Of a DNA stretch of 64,000 bases, positions 1-9,309 are shown one piece after another. The DNA is from Desulfobacterales bacterium. Lineage in GTDB: Bacteria; Desulfobacterota; Desulfobacteria; Desulfobacterales; UBA11574. Below the pieces are notes generated by a model, which ran no database searches, was not told the origin of the DNA, and saw only the letters and a program-made list of their open reading frames with translations. The stretch spans positions 11,095-75,094 of the forward strand of contig JAQYVT010000002.1 in the NCBI GenBank assembly GCA_030145345.1. Reading direction: 5' to 3'. The position numbers and the translations under genes are program-made. Each line of letters opens with the position of its first letter. The stretch's first letter is position 1.

Positions 1-358
1 TATAGTCGGGCACCCTCTTGCGTATGGAATCTTTATCCACCTCCCGGATCATCGTATTGCATCGAACGCATCGTGAAAACGGCCGTGCATCCTTTGGTGC
101 GATGCCCAGTGTTTCGATGACCTCCCGGAGCTGTTCAAAGGGGTTGTCCGACGTAATAAAGACAAGTTTTGGAGACGTATTTACGTCCCGAATCCGCGCG
201 GTGCGAGTGAGCAAGATGCGCCCTGGTCCCATATCCATCAATTTTTCAGCTGAAAGATCGGGCTTATAAAATGTGTCAAAACCCAAAATGCGCAGCCATT
301 TTGCCAGCTTCCCCAGTGTATTCTCTACAGCAAAACGCATTTCATTTGCGCGGTCCAT
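1..358 (-). CDS. Mut7-C / DUF82 PIN-like RNase domain protein (3' end lies outside the window)
   Basis: Absent from the ORF track because it runs off the window edge. My translation from ATG 358-356 reads MDRANEMRFAVENTLGKLAKWLRILGFDTFYKPDLSAEKL...ARPFSRCVRCNTMIREV. This fits the LGKLARWLRxLGxD start and the later RCxxCN zinc-ribbon pattern typical of DUF82/Mut7-C proteins. Confidence 0.6.
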   Translation of the reverse strand, partial: MDRANEMRFAVENTLGKLAKWLRILGFDTFYKPDLSAEKLMDMGPGRILLTRTARIRDVNTSPKLVFITSDNPFEQLREVIETLGIAPKDARPFSRCVRCNTMIREVDKDSIRKRVPDY

Positions 359-381
359 TGAATTACATTTTCAAATATTTT

Positions 382-414
382 AAAAACCGGATGAATTCTT
401 CGTGAAAAATCCGG
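382..414 (-). terminator. Weak intrinsic-terminator candidate downstream of the lipoprotein gene
   Basis: On the minus strand: CCGGAT, a 16-nt loop, ATCCGG, then TTTTT. The stem is only 6 bp and the loop is large. Confidence 0.3.
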
Positions 415-423
415 GCCAAACCG

Positions 424-1275
424 CTATTCCGGCGGTGTCAGAACAAACACGGACGGAGAGACAGACGCGTCGGCCCAGTATCGGTCCACATCCAGATGAA
501 AACCCGAGCCATCGCTGTTTGAAATCAGCAATCGAGATGGAACCCGATACCCGTTTATCGCCTGCATTCTATCAAATTCAACCCGATATGCAAGGGTGCC
601 GGTTGCGTCAAACATTTCGACCTTATGAACATTTTTTTTCTTTTCATCAAGGTATATCTTCTCGAGAATGTCCCCCCATTTTTTTTTAAGGACAAGAACA
701 TACCCGTTTTGACCCGAACCGTCACCGCCATTTCGTGTCGAAACCGTATGACCTTCAGTGCTGTAAACTTGAGATCTATGGTCCGTTAAAACCGCAGAAT
801 CATATGAATGGATCGGAACACGGCCGGCCAAAATATCGACCATATCTTCAGTTTTTACGGGAATTGTAAAAAGTCTTCTCATCGAAGAAGTTGTCGCAGG
901 TTTTTTATAAAAATCACCCCTGGAATGGGAAATAAGATAGAGCCATTGACCATCACTGGCAACACTGATCATGGGGTGTCCTGAAACGCTGCTCAAAGCG
1001 ATCCGGATTTTGTCCGGCGATGACGCGACCCATGCGATACGGCCGGCAACGTCTTTTTTTTTGCGTCCCCGGAATTTGATGTTGCCCACACCTTTGAAGG
1101 TCTTGAGTTTAAGATTTTGATTCTTTAGCGTCGAAATGGTCTTTTCCACTTCGAGTGAAATAGGGTCTTTGGGTCTTTCGGAAACTCTTGGGGCAAGGAT
1201 GGTGCAGGCTGAGAAAAAAAAAGTGAAGATAAAAAGAATCGATGGAAGCTGAATGTATCGGGTCGTGTATTTCAT
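424..1275 (-). CDS. Lipoprotein, LolB-like / DUF4292-type
   Basis: 283 aa with an N-terminal signal and lipobox (FTFFFSAC). The rest looks like a beta-rich soluble domain. Its start overlaps the stop of the upstream TPR gene by 4 nt, suggesting an operon. The family assignment is from memory of TPR+DUF4292 gene pairs. Confidence 0.5.
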   Translation of the reverse strand: MKYTTRYIQLPSILFIFTFFFSACTILAPRVSERPKDPISLEVEKTISTLKNQNLKLKTFKGVGNIKFRGRKKKDVAGRIAWVASSPDKIRIALSSVSGHPMISVASDGQWLYLISHSRGDFYKKPATTSSMRRLFTIPVKTEDMVDILAGRVPIHSYDSAVLTDHRSQVYSTEGHTVSTRNGGDGSGQNGYVLVLKKKWGDILEKIYLDEKKKNVHKVEMFDATGTLAYRVEFDRMQAINGYRVPSRLLISNSDGSGFHLDVDRYWADASVSPSVFVLTPPE

Positions 1276-2990
1276 TTTCCGGTCAATTCCTGGATCTTTT
1301 TTTCGATATTCTCCTTGTCTTTGTTTTTGTTCAACAACGAACGTTTGTAGAATTCCAGCGCTTTTTCCCTATTGCTTATTTCAAGGTATGCATCTCCCAT
1401 ATGTTCGAGGATAATCGGGTCATCGGGAACCAGGCGGACAGCCTTCTGCAAATATTTCACCGCTTTCTCGAAGAGTCCTTTTTTAAAATATACCCAGCCC
1501 AGGCTGTCTGTAATATACCCGTCATCGGGCTTTTCTTCTAATGCCGCTTTAATGAGACGTTCAGCCTCATCCAGTTTTTCTCCAAGATCTGCATAGGTAT
1601 AACCGAGATAGTTCAATGCATTGGCGTCCTTTGGATCCAGCCTGATCACCGTTTTCATCGCTTCGATTGAATCCGCTTTCCGATCCCATTTATCATATAC
1701 AACACCCAGACGAAAATAAAAGCGGGTATTTTCGGGCGCCATTTTGAGTCCCTGTTTCAGAACATTTTCAGCTTTTGAAAACTCTTTGTTTTCTTCATAA
1801 AGGGAACCCAGATAAAGCAACAGCTCCGGATTGTCGGGGGCTATTTTAATGACACGGTTTAAATGCTCGATGGCAAGTTCAGTTTTTTTCTGTTCCTGGT
1901 ATAAAAATGCAATACGAATCGCGGCTTCCTGATAAAAGTTGGAATCCGGAGCCACTTTTTTAAACTGGTCGATGGCCTTGTCCCAATCTTTTTTCCCATC
2001 CAGTGCAACACCGGCCACATAATGAAGATCCGAGCTGTCCGGAGACCCCTTTAGCATGCCTTCAAGAATGACCGCTGCCGCCGCATATTTCTTGGGTTCC
2101 AAATAGTGCCGAACAACCGTTCGGATCACGTCCTTTTCAGTGTCGCTTCTGGCCCCCAGATCCTGAAAAATTTTTTCTGCATGGGACAACCTTCCCTTCT
2201 GGTGGTAATAATGCCCCAATTCCATAGCCGCTCTTATATTTTGTGGATCTTTTTCTATAATTTCCTGGTACAGCCGTATAATTTCCCGGTCTTTGCCCAT
2301 AGTTTTATACAGATCCAGCAGCTCAAAACGCGGTTCCTCAAGATCGGAATTTAATTTTATGGATTGTCTGAATTCTTTTTCCGCCCTTTTCAGATTCCCT
2401 TTGGCGGCATAAATTTTTCCAATGAAGAAATGTCCCGCATAAGATCCCGGAAAGTTCTGGACAAGTTGTTGGTAGACCCTTAATGCTTCATCCGGTTTGT
2501 TTTCCTGCATATACAGACCGCCCAAAATTAAATAGACATCCTTCTGTTTCGGATCCAGGGAAATCAATTTTTCATACGTTTTTTCAGCAGTATCAATCTG
2601 TTTAAGCGTCTGATTCAACCTTCCGAATATAAACAGCGCACGAACGTTGTCGGGCTCTTTTGCCATCACCGTTTCGACAATTTTGAGGGCGTTTTCATTG
2701 TCCTTGAGGCGGAGATGCAACAATGCCAGCTCTAATTGCAAATAGGATGATTCCGGGTCTTCCTGAATCGCTTTGTTCAGATAGTCAATCGCCTTTTCCA
2801 GGTTGCCTTGTTTTTGGTGAAACTGTGATTCTGTAAAATAATAATAGGGGCTTTCATGTTCAACGGAATCTATGGCCGCCTCGCCTTGATCTTGATCGAA
2901 GGTTTCTGCGGGCTTCATATAATGCATACAACCGGAAAAAATTAAAATGACCATACCAACGATGGTCAATTTTAAAAAACTATCCTTCAT
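1272..2990 (-). CDS. Tetratricopeptide-repeat (TPR) lipoprotein
   Basis: 572 aa with a lipobox (ILIFSGC). There are many 34-aa repeats with the A..Y/F..A...P pattern, for example AIDYLNKAIQEDPES, ALKIVETVMAKEPDN and ALEFYKRSL. Confidence 0.85.
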   Translation of the reverse strand: MKDSFLKLTIVGMVILIFSGCMHYMKPAETFDQDQGEAAIDSVEHESPYYYFTESQFHQKQGNLEKAIDYLNKAIQEDPESSYLQLELALLHLRLKDNENALKIVETVMAKEPDNVRALFIFGRLNQTLKQIDTAEKTYEKLISLDPKQKDVYLILGGLYMQENKPDEALRVYQQLVQNFPGSYAGHFFIGKIYAAKGNLKRAEKEFRQSIKLNSDLEEPRFELLDLYKTMGKDREIIRLYQEIIEKDPQNIRAAMELGHYYHQKGRLSHAEKIFQDLGARSDTEKDVIRTVVRHYLEPKKYAAAAVILEGMLKGSPDSSDLHYVAGVALDGKKDWDKAIDQFKKVAPDSNFYQEAAIRIAFLYQEQKKTELAIEHLNRVIKIAPDNPELLLYLGSLYEENKEFSKAENVLKQGLKMAPENTRFYFRLGVVYDKWDRKADSIEAMKTVIRLDPKDANALNYLGYTYADLGEKLDEAERLIKAALEEKPDDGYITDSLGWVYFKKGLFEKAVKYLQKAVRLVPDDPIILEHMGDAYLEISNREKALEFYKRSLLNKNKDKENIEKKIQELTGK

Positions 2991-3007
2991 TTTTTTATAC
3001 TTCCTCT

Positions 3008-3988
3008 TTAATCAGAGACATTGACATTATCGTAAGAATCAAAATCGGGGATTTCCCGCTTAAAAAAGTCTCTCAGCTTCTTGATAATGTTTTTTTCAAC
3101 CTGACGTACACGTTCCCTGGATATATTGTAGCGGTCACCGATCTGCTGCAACGTTGCAGGCGTGTCGGCAAAAATTCGATGCTCGAATATTGCAAGCTCC
3201 CTTGAGGTCATGGTTTTTTTGAACTCTTCAATTTTATTATGAAGAAGGGCCTCAATCTCCTTCTTGGCCACCTGATCTTCTGTGGATTCGGCGTCTGTAT
3301 TTATAAAATCGATTCGTTCCGTATCTGAATCATCTTTCAACGGCGCATCCAGAGAGACGTCCCAGCCGTCCAGCCGCTGGTCCATATCAATGATTTCGCG
3401 TTCGGATACGCCCAGTCTCTCGGAAAGAAGCTTCGGTTTCGGATCAAATCCCTGGTCAATCAGTTTCTGTTTTTCTTTTTTTAGCTTAAAGAACAGTTTC
3501 CGCTGCCCCTGGGTCGTTCCGATTTTCACGAGACGCCAGTTGTCCATAATGAATTTGAGGATATAGGCTTTTATCCAAAATGAAGCGTAATACGAAAACT
3601 TGACATTTTTGTAAGGATCGAATTTTTGAACCGCCTGCATGAGTCCGATATTTCCTTCCTGAATCAAATCCAATAGATTCTGCATCCAGACCCGCTGAAA
3701 TTCCAAGGCGATCTTTACCACCAGTCTAAGGTTGGCGGTCACCAGAACGTATGCAGCCTCGCTGTCTCCCTCTTCCTGAACTTTTTTGCCGAGTTCGATC
3801 TCCTGCTCTCGGGTAAGGAGCTTGTATCTACTGATTTCCGATAGATATCTTTGGAGGGGGTCAAATTTAACCAGGGCTGTATCGGAGGAAGGGTGTTTCG
3901 CCTTCTCGCCATCGCCGGTATATTTGTTAGCCTTGATGAGATCCGTTTTTTTCTTGGGGCCTTTTTTTCTTGTTGTGGTTTTTTTCAT
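3008..3988 (-). CDS. rpoH: RNA polymerase sigma factor, sigma-32 (RpoH) type
   Basis: 326 aa. Region 2 reads LIQEGNIGLMQAVQKFDPYKNVKFSYYASFWIKAYI. An RpoH-box-like TTQGQRKLFFKLKKEK follows, and region 4.2 reads TLQQIGDRYNISRERVRQVEKNIIKKLR. Confidence 0.85.
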   Translation of the reverse strand: MKKTTTRKKGPKKKTDLIKANKYTGDGEKAKHPSSDTALVKFDPLQRYLSEISRYKLLTREQEIELGKKVQEEGDSEAAYVLVTANLRLVVKIALEFQRVWMQNLLDLIQEGNIGLMQAVQKFDPYKNVKFSYYASFWIKAYILKFIMDNWRLVKIGTTQGQRKLFFKLKKEKQKLIDQGFDPKPKLLSERLGVSEREIIDMDQRLDGWDVSLDAPLKDDSDTERIDFINTDAESTEDQVAKKEIEALLHNKIEEFKKTMTSRELAIFEHRIFADTPATLQQIGDRYNISRERVRQVEKNIIKKLRDFFKREIPDFDSYDNVNVSD

Positions 3989-4071
3989 ATTAATATTTCA
4001 ATGGGTCATCCCCATATTTTTTATGGACATAACGACGGGCATGTGTTAGTTTTGGGTTTTTAATTTTTCGG

Positions 4072-4148
<77 letters not shown>

Positions 4149-4647
4149 ATTTTTTCAGGGGGTTATGATCTATATCGTAATCCTTTTTCTGTTTCTGCTT
4201 CAATTCCGCCATTGTTTGTCCCAAAACGATGTTTTCAAGCCTCAGGGTTCTCTATGGTATGTATCGGATGTTTCCCCCTGCTCGATAAAAACTCACACCG
4301 GCGTGTCCGAGGTTTTGAATTCTTATTTTTCCGAATCTATTTTTTTATAGGGTAAAAAAGTGTCTTTTCAACATATTTGATGATCGCTGAATTTATTAGT
4401 GTATCATGAGTTCATTAAAAAGGGCAAGTCTTCCTTTAAGCTTTCCCGCTATTTATCCTTAAGCCCACCGGCGAGCACCCATCCGCAAAAACGCCACCGG
4501 GGACTTGGATCCGACCTGGGTGGAAGCCCCGGCCCATTCAAATCAAAGACTCCGTTTTAACGGGCTGGATGAAATTTCCATTCTTTTCAATGAATTCAAC
4601 ATACTAAAGAATCTGTTGAAAATTGCCAACAAACGCTATATGGTTTC

Positions 4648-6015
4648 ATGTTTTGGACCCCCATGGTTAATTTCTGTTCTTTTCGGGGCAAAAAGTCGGT
4701 TAACAGTCCTAAAACGTTAAAACCTTTTAATTTCGAATTTCGTATTTACCCTTGGAGATGCCCCACGCGCTTTTCCAGTGGATCCGGGTTGGGAATAAAA
4801 ATATTGAATACTGCTGAAACAAGCCCGGTCGGCAACGACCCTAGGGCCGGGGGGAGGACTTTTCGCTCTCAACTTACACCACTTTTGCTGGTAACCTCCA
4901 TTTTTTTGTTAAACTTTACGTCCCGACTCATCTTGGCGCCATTACTGCCGAACATCGAAAAAGATTTGGGGTTGAGCCATGGTAATGCCGGTTCGCTTTT
5001 TCTGTTCCTTTCCATGGGGTACTTCATATCTTTGTTAGGGTCCGGGCACATATCTTCTCGGATTACCCACAGAAAAACCATCATTGTCTCGGCGATAGCC
5101 GTCGGTGCTGCCCTTTCATTAATCTCTTTCAGCAGAAGTCTCTTTGCCATGCGAGTGTCCATATTCCTGCTGGGGATTTCAGCCGGAACGTATCTTCCAT
5201 CAGGGCTTACAACCGTGACATCTTTGGTCAATCCCAGGCACTGGGGTAAAGCAATCGCCATTCATGAACTTGCCCCAAATTTGAGCTTTGTCTTAACACC
5301 GCTACTGGCTGAATTACTTCTCCATTGGTTCGTCTGGCGCAATATTTTATTTTGGGTCGGAATCGGTTCGGTTATTATCGGAATTGTCTATGTCCGATTT
5401 GGAAACGGCGGAAATTTCTCAGGAGAAGCACCCAATTTTTCATCGATCCAGACGATTCTCAAGATCCCGGCTTTCTGGATTTTGATTTTTCTATTCAGTT
5501 TGGCCATTACCAGTACGTTGGGAATCTATAACATGCTTCCGTTATACCTGGTTACCGAACACGGCGTAAGTCGAGATTGGGCCAACACCCTGTTGGGTAT
5601 TTCCCGCATTTCGACCTTAGGGACGGCGTTTATCGGCGGATGGGCAACAGACCGGCTTGGAGCGAAAAGCGTTATGGTAAGCGTGTTTTTTGTTACCGGA
5701 ATTCTCATACTGCTGCTGGGAATTGTATCAACGCGCTGGGTTGCCATTTTAGTATTTCTTCAACCCATGCTGGCGGTATGCTTTTTCCCCTCCGGGTTTG
5801 CCGCCCTGTCATCGATAAGTACACCTGAAAACCGAAATGTGGCCATCTCTTTAGCCATACCCATTGCGTTTGTTTTAGGTGCCGGTGTGGTTCCGACTTT
5901 GATCGGCGTTATTGCGGACCAGGGGTATTTTTCCTGGGGCATCCGTCTCTCCGGGGTACTGGTCATGACGGGTTTCTTTTTATCATTCTTTCTTAAATTA
6001 TCAGACGGGCGGTAA
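4648..6015 (+). CDS. MFS transporter (start uncertain, probably downstream of 4648)
   Basis: About 12 hydrophobic helices begin at LTPLLLVTSIFLLNF. MFS-like loop motifs are present (GHISSRITHRKT, GGWATDRLGAKS). The first ~70 codons of the tracked ORF look non-coding; TTG at 4804 is one alternative start. Confidence 0.75.
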   Translation: MFWTPMVNFCSFRGKKSVNSPKTLKPFNFEFRIYPWRCPTRFSSGSGLGIKILNTAETSPVGNDPRAGGRTFRSQLTPLLLVTSIFLLNFTSRLILAPLLPNIEKDLGLSHGNAGSLFLFLSMGYFISLLGSGHISSRITHRKTIIVSAIAVGAALSLISFSRSLFAMRVSIFLLGISAGTYLPSGLTTVTSLVNPRHWGKAIAIHELAPNLSFVLTPLLAELLLHWFVWRNILFWVGIGSVIIGIVYVRFGNGGNFSGEAPNFSSIQTILKIPAFWILIFLFSLAITSTLGIYNMLPLYLVTEHGVSRDWANTLLGISRISTLGTAFIGGWATDRLGAKSVMVSVFFVTGILILLLGIVSTRWVAILVFLQPMLAVCFFPSGFAALSSISTPENRNVAISLAIPIAFVLGAGVVPTLIGVIADQGYFSWGIRLSGVLVMTGFFLSFFLKLSDGR

Positions 6016-6150
6016 TCTTACCCCCAAAGTTTAAAAATTCGAAAGTGAAGCAGACGGCGACGGCCGCCAAACCCTGAGCAGGACTTCGGCAATCTCTGGA
6101 GCGCCGGCCCTGATTTGCACGGCCTATTCCACAGGGCCCCCTGTTCCAGT

Positions 6151-7392
6151 TCATCCAATTATTCCAACCACTGCGCCGGTCATACACGTGGCCAAAGTTC
6201 CCGCAATAACAGAGCGGAATCCCAAGGAGACGATCTCATCCTGTTTTCCCGGCGCCATTGTAGCCATTCCTCCGATCATGATCCCCAGACTGCCGGGGTT
6301 GGCGAATCCGCACATGGCATACGTCATAATCACCATGCTTTTAGGGTTCAGCGCTCCCGGCGCCAGCCGGCTCATGTCCAGATACGCCAAAAACTCGTTC
6401 AGAATGGTCTTGGTACCCATCAGCGCGCCGGCGGTGAACGCCTCTGCCCAGGGAATACCCATGAGCCAGACCACCGGCGCCATGACCACCCCCAGAACCC
6501 GCTGCAGAGTCACCGGACGGCCCCCGAAATCAGGGAAAAGACCGAGCATTAAATTGACAAGGTGAACCAGGGCGACGAGAACAATGAGCATTGCAATGAT
6601 ATTGATTAAAAGCTGAACGCCTTGAAGGGTTCCTTTGGTAACGGCATCCATCGCGCTCGATGCCGGTTCGGCAGGTGTTAATTCTCCGGATGTAAGTTCA
6701 CCGGTTTCGGGTATCATGATTTTTGAAATCGTTATGGCGGCAGGGATACTGATAATGGAAGCTGTCAGAATGTGTCCCATAATATCGGGAATGGTCTTGC
6801 TCAAAATACTGGCATACAGAACCATGACAGTACCGGCGATGGTGGCCATGCCGGTGGTCATCAGGGTAAATATTTCGCTCCGGGTCATCGCCTTCAAATA
6901 CGGACGTATAAAGAGCGGGGATTCCACCATCCCCACAAATATGTTGGCTGAAACACCGAGCCCTTCCGCCCCTCCCAACCCCATGGTTTTCCGCAGCGCC
7001 CAAGAAAAGGCCCTCACCACCAGAGGCAAGATTTTCCAGTAAAATAAAAGTGATGAAAGGGCACTTATGATAAGAATCAGCGGAAGGGCCTGGAAGGCTA
7101 AAATAAAACTGGCGCCCGGAAATTTTTCAGCAAACGGCAAACTCCCGCCCCCGAGATAACCGAATACCATGGATGTTCCGGCTTTCGTCGATTCTTCAAG
7201 TGACAGGACAAGGCGATTCAAAGATATAAAAAAACTTCTGAAAACCGGTAATTTCAATAAAATGATTCCAATGGCCAGTTGGATTCCAATACCTGCGATT
7301 GCCCGTTTAACGTTGACCTTTGTGCGGTTTTCGCTGATCAACCAGGCAATGCCTGAAAAAACAAAGAGTCCGGCCGCACTTTGGATGATCAT
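6151..7392 (-). CDS. NupC-family (CNT) nucleoside:cation symporter
   Basis: 413 aa polytopic membrane protein. The core GGAEGLGVSANIFVGMVESPLFIRPYL and the C-terminal CGFANPGSLGIMIGG are typical of NupC/CNT transporters. Confidence 0.85.
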   Translation of the reverse strand: MIIQSAAGLFVFSGIAWLISENRTKVNVKRAIAGIGIQLAIGIILLKLPVFRSFFISLNRLVLSLEESTKAGTSMVFGYLGGGSLPFAEKFPGASFILAFQALPLILIISALSSLLFYWKILPLVVRAFSWALRKTMGLGGAEGLGVSANIFVGMVESPLFIRPYLKAMTRSEIFTLMTTGMATIAGTVMVLYASILSKTIPDIMGHILTASIISIPAAITISKIMIPETGELTSGELTPAEPASSAMDAVTKGTLQGVQLLINIIAMLIVLVALVHLVNLMLGLFPDFGGRPVTLQRVLGVVMAPVVWLMGIPWAEAFTAGALMGTKTILNEFLAYLDMSRLAPGALNPKSMVIMTYAMCGFANPGSLGIMIGGMATMAPGKQDEIVSLGFRSVIAGTLATCMTGAVVGIIG

Positions 7393-7858
7393 GGGTTGGA
7401 CCTTTACTATCGTTGAATGTCATGGTTTGAAGTAGACCGGCCAACCATAACATATTCCCCTAAAAATAAAAAATTATTCCTCAGATTTTGCCGTCTTGCT
7501 TTTGGGGGTGCTTTAATGACTGCGAAACGGATACGAAACTTGGTTTATAAGATATAAAAATTTGACAGGATCATTTTTTTTATATTATAAAAATTAATAC
7601 CCTTAAGGAAATGCCTGCTGTTCTCTAATTCATCACGTTTCAGGTTACATCGATATTCTCCTTTGCCGGATATTCTTACTCGGTTTTCTCAACTGCCAAC
7701 CCTGTTCGTTTAGATTTGATACCGGACCATTTGCCATCAGAAACTGAAAACATATGCCACTTTTCGATATCTAATGATTTCTTTGGGTTTTGCTTTAATT
7801 TCATATGTGTTACTTTATATTTTTAAAGTGTTTACCAACCTAACAAAAGGAGGTCATT

Positions 7859-8155
7859 ATGGCCGTCAAAATTTTCATCAAGAGAAAAATAAAAGACGGG
7901 AAGTTGAATGAGGCTTCAAAGCTTCTTATCAAGGCCCGGTACAATGCCATGGATCAGGAGGGTTACATTTCATCGGAAACATTGAGCGGGTGCGATGGTC
8001 CAAACCACGTGATGGTGATATCCATGTGGCAGAGAATCGCGCATTGGAACCAATGGAAAAATAGTGATCTCAGAACGGAAAACGAGGCAGCGTTTGCAGC
8101 GTTGCTGGATGGACCGACCGAATACGAAACCTACAATTTGGGGTTGCAGCTTTAA
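7859..8155 (+). CDS. Antibiotic-biosynthesis-monooxygenase (ABM) domain protein
   Basis: 98 aa of ferredoxin-like ABM size, with a VISMWQRIAHWNQWKNS motif. A strong SD (AAAGGAGG) lies 7 nt upstream of the ATG. Confidence 0.7.
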   Translation: MAVKIFIKRKIKDGKLNEASKLLIKARYNAMDQEGYISSETLSGCDGPNHVMVISMWQRIAHWNQWKNSDLRTENEAAFAALLDGPTEYETYNLGLQL

Positions 8156-8299
8156 GGCGGTTTAATTGCAACAGCGCCCCCGGTCGAATTGCGCTTTTCG
8201 CACCCTTCGGGGATTGAAGCTCCCTGGACCCCGCCAAGGCGGGATTTCCGCCCCGGTTAAACAGAAAAGGCAGATAGGTTTCACCCCCGTACGATGGTA

Positions 8300-8491
8300 A
8301 ACTACCTAGTGTCCATCCACAATTGTTAAATGGGCACGGTGCGTTTCCAATTCATAAATGAGCATTTTTTGTTCGGATCAAGGCCGCACAAGGGTTTTCG
8401 GTGAGGCATACTCCCTGTATGCCGCAGCCGGAAACCCGCGGAGAACGCAGATCCGGGCAAAAAGGGCCATTTATGGATGGAAACTACCTAG
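8300..8491 (+). repeat. Family-A MITE-like element, copy 1 (short form)
   Basis: Imperfect terminal inverted repeats GTGTCCATCCACAATTG (8309-8325) and CATTTATGGATGGAAAC (8468-8484) match 14/17. Each is flanked by TA and by a direct AACTACCTAG. The element is about 85 percent identical to 52488-52770 outside an indel. Confidence 0.75.
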
Positions 8492-8555
8492 GGGGCGGAC
8501 GGGGTAAACTGCGCTTCAACACGCTCCAGGGATCGTCATTGCGGGATAGGTCGAG

Positions 8556-9284
8556 CTATGTTTTATTTTTGCCGTCAATGCGCTCCACATAAAAAAGTGT
8601 GGCCCCCACCGGGGCAAACGATAAAAAAATGATGTTCAGTCCCGGAATCAGAAACCACAGTCCGAAACCGAGGTGAAAGTTAAAGTTTCTGAGCAAAAAT
8701 TTAAACCGGCTCCCAAAGGGTTCAAGTCTTCTTGCCGGAACCAGATCTGTATTGTCCCAGGCCAGGAAAATTCCCGCCGCAAGGGATGAAATGATGGTCA
8801 GCACAGGAGACAGCGGTGTGAGCCAGCCAACGATCATGAGCAGCAGCAAAATCATCACCGGAATAACAGCCCTGGGGATTTCCTGTCTGAGCAGATAGAA
8901 AAAATACTTAAACCATGGCACATGTCGGGACTCTTTTTGCCCACCGGTTAACTGCTGTTCGGTGATTCTGGACATGGCATCCATGATGATCACGCTGAAC
9001 AGAAACTGGGAGATGAGAAAGGAAACCACTGCCGAAAGCCCCACGAGCAGCAACGCCACGAGCCATGAAACAAGACGCCACAACCAGACAATCCATGCGC
9101 TCTCGGGTCGGGCCCATATTAAATTCAGAATTTCTTGATGGTACTCGAGGATAAGGGCCGCCGTGACAAGGGTAATCACCACAATTATCAGGATCCGGAC
9201 CAGTCCCAGAACCAGCAGCCCCGGCGTTTTCACCCCAAGTTTGAGTCCCCTGTAATTGTATGCAATGCCGCTGAACAGATTCAT
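8556..9284 (-). CDS. CysZ / EI24-family membrane protein
   Basis: The layout resembles CysZ. It has an N-terminal G..L..G...PGL, a central amphipathic SRITEQQLTG, then RQEIPRAVIPV and a C-terminal IPGLNIIFLSFAPVGATLFYVE. I prefer ATG 9284 (GAGGA SD 9 nt upstream) over the tracked 9347 start, which overlaps the upstream gene. Confidence 0.65.
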   Translation of the reverse strand: MNLFSGIAYNYRGLKLGVKTPGLLVLGLVRILIIVVITLVTAALILEYHQEILNLIWARPESAWIVWLWRLVSWLVALLLVGLSAVVSFLISQFLFSVIIMDAMSRITEQQLTGGQKESRHVPWFKYFFYLLRQEIPRAVIPVMILLLLMIVGWLTPLSPVLTIISSLAAGIFLAWDNTDLVPARRLEPFGSRFKFLLRNFNFHLGFGLWFLIPGLNIIFLSFAPVGATLFYVERIDGKNKT

Positions 9285-9309
9285 GGTTTTTTCCTCGAGT
9301 CTTACGGAT

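Noticed and set aside
4149-4647. A genomic-island junction at tRNA-Arg.
   Set aside because: There is no integrase, and I could find no direct repeat of the tRNA 3' end downstream. The 500-bp gap contains only short spurious ORFs, and the next gene is an ordinary MFS transporter.
7393-7858. A purine or 2'-deoxyguanosine riboswitch upstream of the NupC-family transporter gene.
   Set aside because: There is no UAUAAUCGCG...CUACCGGG-type three-way junction on the minus strand. The region is simply AT-rich, with promoter-like hexamers (TTGACA...TATTAT on the plus strand near 7562-7595).
8229-8248. A recurring small hairpin followed by TTTCC: CCGCC-AAG-GCGGG-ATTTCC at 8229. Similar sequences are at 44601-44619 (CCCCC-AAG-GGGGG-AATTTCC) and 32617-32638 (CCGCC-TCT-GGCGG-GCTTTCC).
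   Set aside because: There are only three loose matches, and GC-rich mini-hairpins are common. This is not enough to call a family without a genome-wide count.
8401-8592. Tracked ORFs 8401..8592 and 52497..52766 share the peptide CMPQPETRGERRSGQKGPFMDGN, which suggested a duplicated small gene.
   Set aside because: The shared peptide is a by-product of the family-A DNA repeat. There is no SD, and the ORFs start and end at different places in the two copies. The region is hairpin-rich.
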